Below, in pieces: positions 38,752 to 47,470 of a DNA stretch of 64,000 nucleotides. The DNA lies in assembly GCA_963836235.1 (NCBI GenBank), contig CAWIIP010000002.1, positions 320,001 through 384,000 of the forward strand. The letters run 5' to 3'. The notes beneath the pieces are model-generated. The model searched no databases, was not told the origin of the DNA, and worked only from the letters and a program-made list of their open reading frames with translations. The stretch comes from an uncultured Pseudomonadota bacterium. GTDB taxonomy: Bacteria; Oederibacteriota; Muellerivitia; Muellerivitales; Muellerivitaceae. Position 1 is the first letter of the stretch, and every line of letters starts with the position of its first letter. Position numbers and translations under genes: made by a program.

Positions 38752-39852
38752 TCAAAGTTTTTGGGCCAAGCCCATGGTAGCCTTCTGGTTTCTTCGCCCG
38801 TTATATTCATAGCCCTTTTCGAGAACCTTTTGGATCATCACAGCCTGGGCATTTTGCTCGGCCAAGGGCTCCGGCCTCCCCGAACCGAGGTCGAGCGGCA
38901 CCGCTTTCCATTGGGGCGTTTTCCCCTTCCACAAATCTACGATCAGGATGCAGCTATTGAAACAAACATCGTATTTCAGGTCGAAAATAAAGTTCCCCAA
39001 GCTATAGGCCACCAGGGTCTTTCCCAATTTTTGGACTTTTTGGAGAACATGGGGATGCGCCCCAATCACTAAGTCCGCTCCGCCTTGGTGTAAAGATTTG
39101 GCTAGTTTTTTCTGCAGTGCGTTGGTTCCGTAATATTCCGTTCCCCAATGCACTAAAACGATGACGTAATTGGCTTTCTTCTTGGCCTTTTTGATTTCAG
39201 GAAGCATGACGGTGGAAAGAGCCACTTCAACTCCCGGCCTTTTTCCCTGGGCTTCGAACTTGCCCGGGCAAACCGAGCAGTAACCCAGGAAGGCCAGCGT
39301 CACCCCCTGGGTTACGACATAAACTGGTTCCTGGCTTTTCTCCCCCGACTGGGTCAAGCCCGTATGCAGTATTCCCCTACGGTCAAGCCCCTCCATCGTC
39401 TGGCGCATAACATCGGGGCCATAATCCAGCACATGGTTATTCGCCAGGGTCACCAGGCCAATCCCAGCGTAAGAAAGGGCATCCAAGTCCTTCGTTTTTC
39501 CCTTCAAATAGACGGATTTAGGGGTGTATTTTTCACCCCCCACGCCCACGGGAGACTCCAGGTTGGCTACCACTAGATCCGTGTCGTCAAAAATGGGTTT
39601 GCAGGCTTCAGATACCCATCGATCGCCTTTTCTCCTCAAGAGGTCTTTTACATGGCGGCCCAAGTTGATGTCGCCTACGAAGGCTAATCGAACATGCCCG
39701 GGATCATCAATGCGTGCTGGATGATAATCCTTGGATTGAACGGGAGGATAGGGTGTCGGTGACTGGGTTGTAATATTCAGAATTGGTTCGGCTTTGCAAA
39801 AAGCAAATGACATCAGGAATAAGAAAAACACCCAAACGTTATGCGAAACCAT
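38752..39852 (-). CDS. CapA/PGA_cap family metallophosphoesterase
   Basis: VGDI, NLESP, ANNHVLDYG, HWGTE, GAHPH and YSLGNF motifs. Confidence 0.9.
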   Translation of the reverse strand: MVSHNVWVFFLFLMSFAFCKAEPILNITTQSPTPYPPVQSKDYHPARIDDPGHVRLAFVGDINLGRHVKDLLRRKGDRWVSEACKPIFDDTDLVVANLESPVGVGGEKYTPKSVYLKGKTKDLDALSYAGIGLVTLANNHVLDYGPDVMRQTMEGLDRRGILHTGLTQSGEKSQEPVYVVTQGVTLAFLGYCSVCPGKFEAQGKRPGVEVALSTVMLPEIKKAKKKANYVIVLVHWGTEYYGTNALQKKLAKSLHQGGADLVIGAHPHVLQKVQKLGKTLVAYSLGNFIFDLKYDVCFNSCILIVDLWKGKTPQWKAVPLDLGSGRPEPLAEQNAQAVMIQKVLEKGYEYNGRRNQKATMGLAQKL

Positions 39853-39913
39853 ATTTACCCTTTAAATTGAACCTTGGCACAATTTTGTACACGCAATATA
39901 AACTCCCACATAT

Positions 39914-40678
39914 TCAGCCTAACTCTTCGGTTAAAACTCTGAAAAATTCATCCCGGGCTTGTTTTTCCATCCAAGGGGTATGCCCACATTTTTCAAGTAG
40001 GATAAATCTGAAATTCTTGAGCGTTTGAGACAAGGGTTTTTGCACTCCCTCCGCTGGATGGGGGTCATGGTCTCCGTGAATGGCCAGGACAGGACATTGG
40101 ATTTTCTCCGTCGCCTTTAAAAGCTTCCCGTTCTTCCGGAGTTTCTTGGCCTCCGGCCAAACACCTTGGTAGATATCCGGGCGTAACTCCACGCCCTCTA
40201 TTTTTATTGGCAGTGGATCGTAATAATCGGTCCCGGCCATGATTTCGCCGAACCGGGAAAAAGCCTTGGGATCTTCCAAGTTTTTTTGAAGGATCTGGAC
40301 TTCCCTTTTTTCCTCCCAACTCAACCGGTTTAAACGGTTCCGCTGGACTTCCGCCGCGTATTTTTCCTCGAATGGGCCACTGGAAATCAAAATGATCTTT
40401 TTAACTAAGGCTGGATGGTGGGCGGCCAAAAGGAAACCCAACCAGGCTCCCCAGGAATAGCCTACCAGAGTGAAAGGGTCGTCCCCATGCCTATCCAGGA
40501 TTGACCTCAGTTCCTCCACCTGGCCGTCCAGGGAATCCAGAGTCTGAAGTGGTTCCAAAATCCCGCACTGGGTTGATAGTTCCTCGGCAACCGGCGCCAT
40601 TTCACCGCTGACACCGGGACCGCCGTGCAAAAGAGCGACGGTATAAGGCGGATGGCCATAAATCCGGGGATTGTTCAT
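39914..40678 (-). CDS. Alpha/beta hydrolase
   Basis: HGGPG, GYSWG, HGDHD and CGHTPW motifs. Confidence 0.9.
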   Translation of the reverse strand: MNNPRIYGHPPYTVALLHGGPGVSGEMAPVAEELSTQCGILEPLQTLDSLDGQVEELRSILDRHGDDPFTLVGYSWGAWLGFLLAAHHPALVKKIILISSGPFEEKYAAEVQRNRLNRLSWEEKREVQILQKNLEDPKAFSRFGEIMAGTDYYDPLPIKIEGVELRPDIYQGVWPEAKKLRKNGKLLKATEKIQCPVLAIHGDHDPHPAEGVQKPLSQTLKNFRFILLEKCGHTPWMEKQARDEFFRVLTEELG

Positions 40679-40849
40679 ATCTTGGGTTTATCCTTGGTTT
40701 TAAAGGAAATAGTCTGATCAAACCCCTTTGAGAAGACAAGGCAAAACCAGCGAATTTAATCGATTTTAGTCGTTTGCTAGGCGATAGGTATCAGAGTACA
40801 CTTAATATAAGTTGCGCCTTCATAGTTACGGGCGAAAAGGCGGTAAGGA

Positions 40850-41308
40850 ATGACAATTCAAAAAGGATGGATGGAACAGCGCCGACATGAACGGGTCGCG
40901 GCCACTTTAAAAATTTCCTACCGTATTTTGGACGATAACGAAAAAGCCGGGACTATCAACCAACCCCGTTACAATCAAACTAAAGCCGAACATCTCCCCC
41001 ACTTATCCCAAAAATTTCAGGTCTACCACGCCGTTACCCGTGATATTTCTGAGGGTGGCCTCTCCATCAGCGGTGAAAAACCTTTTGCTCAAGGTCAACA
41101 TGTTGAACTTTCAATCGTTCTTCCCCAATACAACGTCCAAGTTACTTTCCTAACCGAAGTCATGCGTTCCGGGTCTTTCTTTGAGCTAGGAAAGACCATG
41201 TATAACGCCGGGGTCAAAATCCTGGCCCTCAACCGGGAAGATATGGATCGTTTGATGAAATACGTGCTTTCCGAGAAGCTCCGCCAACAAGCCAGTAAAC
41301 AGAATTAA
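40850..41308 (+). CDS. PilZ domain protein
   Basis: EQRRHER (RxxxR) and DISEGG. Confidence 0.88.
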   Translation: MTIQKGWMEQRRHERVAATLKISYRILDDNEKAGTINQPRYNQTKAEHLPHLSQKFQVYHAVTRDISEGGLSISGEKPFAQGQHVELSIVLPQYNVQVTFLTEVMRSGSFFELGKTMYNAGVKILALNREDMDRLMKYVLSEKLRQQASKQN

Positions 41309-41345
41309 TTCACCCCACTAATCATTGTTATTCTCGTCTTACATC

Positions 41346-43496
41346 TCATCTTTGACCAACAGACTTGAGGGATTGATCAATAGTTGGTCGAAGTTCCTTT
41401 TCCGCATCTTTTTGGAGACCTGTTAAAAATTCAATGGTCGATGGCGTATTGAAATGGCCCAGAGCCTCCAGGGCCGTCCGCCGGACCTCCAGGCTCCTGT
41501 TTTTCCTGCTTTCCATCATCTTATACTTGTCGGCCCATTCTATGAGAAACTCTACACCGGAAGGGTCTTCCAGCTCTCCCATGGTCTGGCATGCTTTCAT
41601 CCAAAATAATTCCCGACCTTTGGCGTGGGCCGGATATTGTTTAACAGCTTCGGCTATCGCCTGGCTGTCCCCTTCCAAACCAACTTTTGAAAGCACTTGT
41701 AGCGCTTGAAGCGCTAAAGGACTTTCCGGCTTCCGTAAAAGTTCCAGCAGGAGCCCGCGGAAATCCGCTCTTTTCCATTGCTCCGCGATTCCTAGTATCT
41801 TTGATTGAGCGGATGGGCCAAAAGAGGTCCAATGCCGTTCAAAGTAATCGGCCATCTCCCCCGTGAGGGGTTTCACACTAAAAATTTCCAGGAACTTTTC
41901 CAATTGGTTTCTTTTCTCCGGCCATTCCAGCCAAAATTCAAAAACACGCGCCCCCCCGGCCTGGAGGGCAGCCAAACAGTCCACCGCTTTTGACCATTCG
42001 GGGCTTTTCAAAGGTTCTTCTTCCATTTTTTGGAAAAGAAAAGGCGACACACGGTTTCCCAAAAGCGTAAAAAGTTTCAACAGGCCGTCGCCCTCACGAG
42101 TTCCCGCTTGGTATCTTTTCAAAAGTGAGTCAAGGATGGGTTCACAAAAAATGGTTTCCAACGCGACTTTGGCGGCCTCGTTTTGTTTTTCAAAAGACGG
42201 GGGCTTTTTTTCGGCATCCTCCTTCAATAAGCGGGCCATTTCCACTATTTCTTCCCAATCCGGATGAGCCAGTTCCGAGGGAATCCAATCCTGCAGAAGG
42301 GTAAGGGCGATGGGATAAACCGTTGAGCGGTCATTTTCCAAAAGGAATTTCCGTAAATTCCGAAAACCTTCCATTTGGAGGGCTCGCGGCATACGATTCC
42401 ATTGAAAACGGTTCAAATGCCTCAGGCAAAGGGCTTGGGTTTTTTCGTCGGCAGAAAATATCTTTTTCCACAATCCATTCCACAGGCCCTCGAAAGCCTC
42501 CAGCTTTTCGGGATCCTGCAGCTCGGATATGCGCTGGACTACCTTTTCTTCTAAATTAGGATCCCAAAAAATCTCCCAACGCCCCTCGTCGATTGCGGCC
42601 AGCACTGGGTCAGCCTCAAAAAGCGCGGTCTGTTCTGGAACCACGTCAGTAGCTTGAAAAAGTGGAATAGACTCGTCCGTCTCCTGAATTTGAATGCCTT
42701 GGGCCTCGCCCAAAATCACTAATTTTTTGAGCAGTTCATCCATTCCGATTTGAACATCCTTAACAGGGGCAGCCGTCAGGTTGTTTTTAAGGGCCATGAA
42801 GCCTCCCAATAGGTCAGTCCAAACTTGGGCGGTTGCGGGAGAAGCCTGTTCAGCCCCTTGAACTGTTCCATGACCTTCTGTTTTTAGCCAATCCCCCATA
42901 TTATCGAAAAGCTTTCTTGCCACTTCATGCTTATTGCTATCGGGTTTAATCCGGGCGAATATTTGGAGAAAATATTGAAGGGCCTCCAGAGCCTCTTGCA
43001 GGTTTTGTTCACCACCGCCTCCTCCCACCGCCCCCGCTGGAACCACTACCTCTCCTTCCCCTACGGCCACGAAAACCTTTTCATTGGCCCGGATATGCTC
43101 AAGGGAATGCTGGACCAGGGCTTGGGAAAAAGAGAGGCCGGTAGGCAGGCCTTTGGGTTTCAAAAGGGAAAAAAGCATTTTGACCTCCTCCAACGTGATA
43201 CCCTTCTGGAAGGTGAGGCTATGGATCTTATGCGTGAGGAAAAGATCCTTGATCATATTGGTAGACCCCGTCGTGTGTTCATCCAAAGGAGTTCCCTCCA
43301 CAACCAGGCGTCCCTCCGATTCCCCTAAGATAACGGAAGGCAAATCGCGAAAAAGTTCTTCCAACGCGGTCAGTAGTCTTTGAATTGAAAGAAGAGCCAT
43401 ATTGTTTCCAGAGGTATAAAGGAAAAAGTTGGAGAGGGAAACACGCAGCTCGCGCACCATTGAGGAAGCCACTTGAACTTGGAGCGGATTTAACAC
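41346..43496 (-). CDS. HEAT-repeat protein
   Basis: Long helical ORF with C-terminal HEAT-like repeats (VRRTALEALGHF). Confidence 0.7.
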   Translation of the reverse strand: MLNPLQVQVASSMVRELRVSLSNFFLYTSGNNMALLSIQRLLTALEELFRDLPSVILGESEGRLVVEGTPLDEHTTGSTNMIKDLFLTHKIHSLTFQKGITLEEVKMLFSLLKPKGLPTGLSFSQALVQHSLEHIRANEKVFVAVGEGEVVVPAGAVGGGGGEQNLQEALEALQYFLQIFARIKPDSNKHEVARKLFDNMGDWLKTEGHGTVQGAEQASPATAQVWTDLLGGFMALKNNLTAAPVKDVQIGMDELLKKLVILGEAQGIQIQETDESIPLFQATDVVPEQTALFEADPVLAAIDEGRWEIFWDPNLEEKVVQRISELQDPEKLEAFEGLWNGLWKKIFSADEKTQALCLRHLNRFQWNRMPRALQMEGFRNLRKFLLENDRSTVYPIALTLLQDWIPSELAHPDWEEIVEMARLLKEDAEKKPPSFEKQNEAAKVALETIFCEPILDSLLKRYQAGTREGDGLLKLFTLLGNRVSPFLFQKMEEEPLKSPEWSKAVDCLAALQAGGARVFEFWLEWPEKRNQLEKFLEIFSVKPLTGEMADYFERHWTSFGPSAQSKILGIAEQWKRADFRGLLLELLRKPESPLALQALQVLSKVGLEGDSQAIAEAVKQYPAHAKGRELFWMKACQTMGELEDPSGVEFLIEWADKYKMMESRKNRSLEVRRTALEALGHFNTPSTIEFLTGLQKDAEKELRPTIDQSLKSVGQR

Positions 43497-43645
43497 GGGA
43501 GTCTCCTAAAAGAGCCTCACAAAGGGTGAAAAAAAATTTAATCACTCTCATTTTCTCAGGGTTTTTGAAAAAGGACAGGCAATTTCTTCATTTTTCAAAA
43601 CTTTGGTGAAGAAAGGAATTTTAAATCCGGTTTTGAAATAATCTT

Positions 43646-45061
43646 CTAGGGATTTTGACGGTAATCCCAGGTGGTGGTAGAAAGCAAAGGCTCGGCCAGT
43701 GCTTCTTCCAACTTAGGCCTGAAAGGCGAAAGCCCGCAAGCCGGGTCCGTGACCGTTGGATCCCCGGTGAGCAGGGCCGCCTGACAGCGGCATCCGCCGA
43801 AATCGACTTCCTTGAGGTCGCAGGAAGCGCAGGGTTCGGGCATCCATTGGGTGCCCCGGAAGCGGTTGAAGGATTCGGACTCATTCCAAATCCAGGCAAG
43901 AGACTTTTCCCCCACGTTTTCCAGTTTCAAGGAATCGATGGAATAAGCCGTGGGACAGGGCAGAACCTGTCCCGAGGGGTTCACCGTGATATAGCGCCGC
44001 CCCCAGCCGTTCATGCAGGGCTTGGGCCGGTCGTAAAAATAATCGGGGATCACGTAAAGGACTTCCATTTTTCCCCTCAACCGCGCGCGGGCCTTCTCGG
44101 CCACCTTGGAGGAAGCGAGAACCTGTTCCCTCGTGGGTAAAAGCTTGGCCCGGTTACGGAAGGCCCAGCCGTAATACTGGGTATTGGCTAATTCCAGCCG
44201 ATGAGCCCCCAACCGCTCCGCCAGCGCGATTAAAGCCTCTAGATGGTCAATATTGGCCCGATGGAGGACGATGTTGACGGTAAGGGGCAATCCCAGGGAC
44301 CTGGCTATCCGGGCCGTTTCCAGTTTTTTTATATGGGCGTGGGTCCCGGCGATCTCATCGGCGAAGGATTCCTCCTCGGCTTGGAAGCTGAGTTGGACGC
44401 TGTCCAACCCCGCCTCTTTCAGGGCGGCTCCCCTTTTGTCGGAAAACCCCAGGCCACTGGTGATGAGGTTGGTATAAAGGCCCAAACCATGGGCATGGCC
44501 CACCAGTTCTTCCAAATCCGGCCGTTGAAGTGGTTCGCCGCCGGAAAAGAACGCGTGCAAGACCCCCAAGTCTCGGGCCTGGCTTAAAACCTCTTTCCAC
44601 TTTTCACCGGTCAATTCCCCGCCTTTACCGGCGCCCTTCTCAACTGGATTGGAACAATAGGGGCAATGTAAGGGGCAGCGGTAGGTGAGTTCGGCTAAAA
44701 GCCCCAAGGGGCGGAATTCCATCGGGTTTTCCAGCCCCAGGGGTTCGAAGACGGATATCTGCTCAACCTTAGTGGAAAAGCTAGAAGGCTTCCCCCATTC
44801 GATCAGGCCCTTGGATTCCAGCCTTTGGAGAAGTTCCCGGACGTCCCCTTCCAATTGGGGAACAGGCGTTTTGAAGCGGGTAGACATTTTTTCCAATAAT
44901 TGGGGCAGGTTTCCTTTCCCATCGCAAAACCCCAGGATCGCAGCGGCGCTTTCATTGAGATTCAGGAGTCCTTCGGGGAACAAAAGCACCCACTGGCCTG
45001 TGGCCGGGTCTTTCTGAAGCTTTGCCCTGGCCGCCAGCCGGGGAGCAAGGTGATCATCCAT
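43646..45061 (-). CDS. pqqE: Fused PqqD-PqqE (RRE plus radical SAM/SPASM)
   Basis: N-terminal WVLLFPEG..LNESAAAIL..DG (PqqD); ELTYRCPLHCPYCSNP, ANTQYYGWA and CMNGWG..GGCRCQA (PqqE). Confidence 0.93.
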   Translation of the reverse strand: MDDHLAPRLAARAKLQKDPATGQWVLLFPEGLLNLNESAAAILGFCDGKGNLPQLLEKMSTRFKTPVPQLEGDVRELLQRLESKGLIEWGKPSSFSTKVEQISVFEPLGLENPMEFRPLGLLAELTYRCPLHCPYCSNPVEKGAGKGGELTGEKWKEVLSQARDLGVLHAFFSGGEPLQRPDLEELVGHAHGLGLYTNLITSGLGFSDKRGAALKEAGLDSVQLSFQAEEESFADEIAGTHAHIKKLETARIARSLGLPLTVNIVLHRANIDHLEALIALAERLGAHRLELANTQYYGWAFRNRAKLLPTREQVLASSKVAEKARARLRGKMEVLYVIPDYFYDRPKPCMNGWGRRYITVNPSGQVLPCPTAYSIDSLKLENVGEKSLAWIWNESESFNRFRGTQWMPEPCASCDLKEVDFGGCRCQAALLTGDPTVTDPACGLSPFRPKLEEALAEPLLSTTTWDYRQNP

Positions 45062-45064
45062 GTT

Positions 45065-45766
45065 TCAGCCTTCCACTCCGCCATAAGCTTCGGCCATGGC
45101 ATCCAAAAGGTCCCACAAAAGCCCGCACTTGAAGGAAAGGGCTTTTACGGCTTCCTCTTGGAGCTCACGGGTATCGCAATAGGTGAAAGTCAATTCCACG
45201 CCCTGGTCCGAATCCACCCGGGCCTGGGTGACACGGGAACGGAAATAATCCAAACCCCAGGGTTTCACCCAGGTGTAATACTTCTCGAAAGCCAGGATTC
45301 TTTCCTTCATTAGGTCGGGGGCGAAAAGTTCCGTCAAAGAGGAGGCTATGGCGATGGGCCAGGGTTTGGTGCGGGCAAAGGTGACGTAGGAATCCACTGC
45401 CGCCTTGGCCTTGGGAAGAACTAGCTCCCCGGAAAACAATTTGTCACGGGTAAGCCCCGTGGCTTCCCCCAGCTTGAGCCAGTTCTCGATTCCACCCTCG
45501 CCTTCTTTCAAACCATCATGGTCACTGATGCGATGCAGCCATATCCGCCGGACTTCCCGGATGGGACAGTTGGAAATAATGGCCGCATCTTTGATGGGAA
45601 TATTGACCTGGTAATAAAAGCGGTTGGCCACCCATCCCCGCACCTGGTCGGGGGTGAGCTTCCCCGCGTTCATGTGCCGGTGGAATGGATGCTTATCGTG
45701 GTAGCGGGTCATCCCGATGGCCCGTAGCCGCTCAAGAAAGGCAGATCGGTCAAGAAGTGGTTCCAT
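45065..45766 (-). CDS. pqqC: Pyrroloquinoline-quinone synthase PqqC
   Basis: YHDKHPFH, WVANRFYYQ..IPIKDAAI and SSLTELFAP motifs. Confidence 0.95.
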   Translation of the reverse strand: MEPLLDRSAFLERLRAIGMTRYHDKHPFHRHMNAGKLTPDQVRGWVANRFYYQVNIPIKDAAIISNCPIREVRRIWLHRISDHDGLKEGEGGIENWLKLGEATGLTRDKLFSGELVLPKAKAAVDSYVTFARTKPWPIAIASSLTELFAPDLMKERILAFEKYYTWVKPWGLDYFRSRVTQARVDSDQGVELTFTYCDTRELQEEAVKALSFKCGLLWDLLDAMAEAYGGVEG

Positions 45767-45830
45767 TAAAATTCCTTAGGAATCAAAAATTCTAACTTAT
45801 TCGGGCCCCGTCTTGGACAGCCGTTCCAAA

Positions 45831-46271
45831 TCATTTCTTTTTTAACTTCTTCATTTGTTCCAAAATAGACGGCGGGATTTCTATTTTCGGATTTTTCTCT
45901 TGGATAATCGCAATAACTCCAGACAAAACTTTCGAATAATTCTTCGTCAAGGTCCTCGACAACATAACCCGGTCATTATTATTCGTTAAGATGGATAACG
46001 CGTCCCCAATGCTACTCGCGTTTACCGAATTTACATCTTCCCATTTATATTTATTCCTGATTATAAAAAAGATGTTTTTTTCAAAACCATTTTTATCGTA
46101 AGACCAAATCGGAAAAATACTATAAAAAAGAAAAACCAAAAAACCCAAAGCACCAAAAACCATCAACAAAAGAGAACCCATCTCAGGACTTTTTATAAAT
46201 TTTCCAGCTGCCGCCAAAAAACAAATTCCCACAACAACAGCAAAAATTCCTTTAAAAAATACTTTTTGCAT
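45831..46271 (-). CDS. AT-rich two-TM membrane protein (PH-like soluble domain) inserted in the pqq operon
   Basis: GGAG RBS, two TM segments and YKWEDV; composition differs from the flanking genes. Confidence 0.65.
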   Translation of the reverse strand: MQKVFFKGIFAVVVGICFLAAAGKFIKSPEMGSLLLMVFGALGFLVFLFYSIFPIWSYDKNGFEKNIFFIIRNKYKWEDVNSVNASSIGDALSILTNNNDRVMLSRTLTKNYSKVLSGVIAIIQEKNPKIEIPPSILEQMKKLKKK

Positions 46272-46366
46272 TTCTTATCTCCGAAAATTGAAAAAGCGAG
46301 TCATTCTAAATCATTTTTCCTTGTCCAATCCGAGTTCCCGTCATAAGCAAGTCTATGTCTCCAGTT

Positions 46367-47281
46367 TTAAATCTCAAACTCCATCCCATCCAAGCCCACT
46401 TCCACCCCCACCTCCTTTACCTTTTGGTGTTGAGGCGTGGATTCGCTCAAAATGGGGTTTGTGTTGTTGATGTGCATGTAGATTTTACGCTTGATGGGCA
46501 GGTTGCGAAGGATTTCCAGGCTGCCTCGGAACCCTCCAACCGTTATATGGGCCATTTGGGAGGCTGTCAGCATGCCGGTGCCGGTCTTGGTCATTTCCTC
46601 TTCGTCCCAAAAGGTGCCGTCCAAAAGGAGGGTGTCGCAATCTTTGAGTTTATCCAGGACAGCTTCCGGGAGTCCCGCCGTGTCAGGCAGGAAAACTAGG
46701 CGTCCTTTGGTGGCGGGATCCACTATCCGGTAGCCTACCGCGCTTCCCTTGAGAGCGGCCGAACCCGCATAACGGGGAAGCTTGCCGGGCACCTCAAAAG
46801 CTTCATAAAGGAGCCCACTTTCCGATCCGTCGCTTTTCAAAAGGGGCTTTAAGCTGGAGGGCGGTTCGTGCCAGGACACCCCACCGTAGGACTTCAGAAC
46901 TTCCGAAATTCTAAGACCCTCATCCAGGGCTTTACGGACAGCGGCGGGTGCGTGCAAAGGGAGTATCCCTCCCTCCCTGAGGATGAAGATACCAAGCACA
47001 TGGTCCAAATCCGCATTGGTAATAAGCACACCTTCAATGGAAGTTCCACGAATATGTTCTGGGGGAGGCAACAAGGGGGGGAAAGCTTCGATCTGATGGC
47101 GTATATCGGGTGAGGCGTTCAGCAGGAACCAGGATTTGCCGTCGGCGCTGACCGTGGCCGAGGATTGGGTGCGGGCTGTTATACCTGGGCGGCCCTGCCG
47201 CACTTCCCGGCAGAGGATGCAATTACAATTCCATTGGGGGAACCCGCCGCCCGCGGCGGTTCCTAGCAATCGGAGTCGCAA
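46367..47281 (-). CDS. pqqB: PQQ biosynthesis protein PqqB
   Basis: LGTAAGGGFPQWNCNC, RTQSS, NASPD, DGTFW and HINNTNP motifs. Confidence 0.95.
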   Translation of the reverse strand: MRLRLLGTAAGGGFPQWNCNCILCREVRQGRPGITARTQSSATVSADGKSWFLLNASPDIRHQIEAFPPLLPPPEHIRGTSIEGVLITNADLDHVLGIFILREGGILPLHAPAAVRKALDEGLRISEVLKSYGGVSWHEPPSSLKPLLKSDGSESGLLYEAFEVPGKLPRYAGSAALKGSAVGYRIVDPATKGRLVFLPDTAGLPEAVLDKLKDCDTLLLDGTFWDEEEMTKTGTGMLTASQMAHITVGGFRGSLEILRNLPIKRKIYMHINNTNPILSESTPQHQKVKEVGVEVGLDGMEFEI

Positions 47282-47301
47282 AGCCGGATTTCGACCGGTC
47301 T

Positions 47302-47394
47302 CTAGATAACACTGTCGTCAATGCCCGAATAGGCGGTGCATTCCGAATTGACGCTGACTTCTTCGGCAACCGGCTTTGTCCAAAGGCTTTCCAT
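47302..47394 (-). CDS. pqqA: PQQ precursor peptide PqqA (MESLWTKPVAEEVSVNSECTAYSGIDDSVI)
   Basis: 30-aa ORF with GGAGG RBS, WxKP and E-x3-Y, immediately upstream of pqqB. Confidence 0.9.
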   Translation of the reverse strand: MESLWTKPVAEEVSVNSECTAYSGIDDSVI

Positions 47395-47470
47395 CGGCTT
47401 CCTCCAACTTTATTTCAAAATCCATCAGGATTTTGGCATATCCAAACATCCAAAAACAAGCCCAAAGGGC

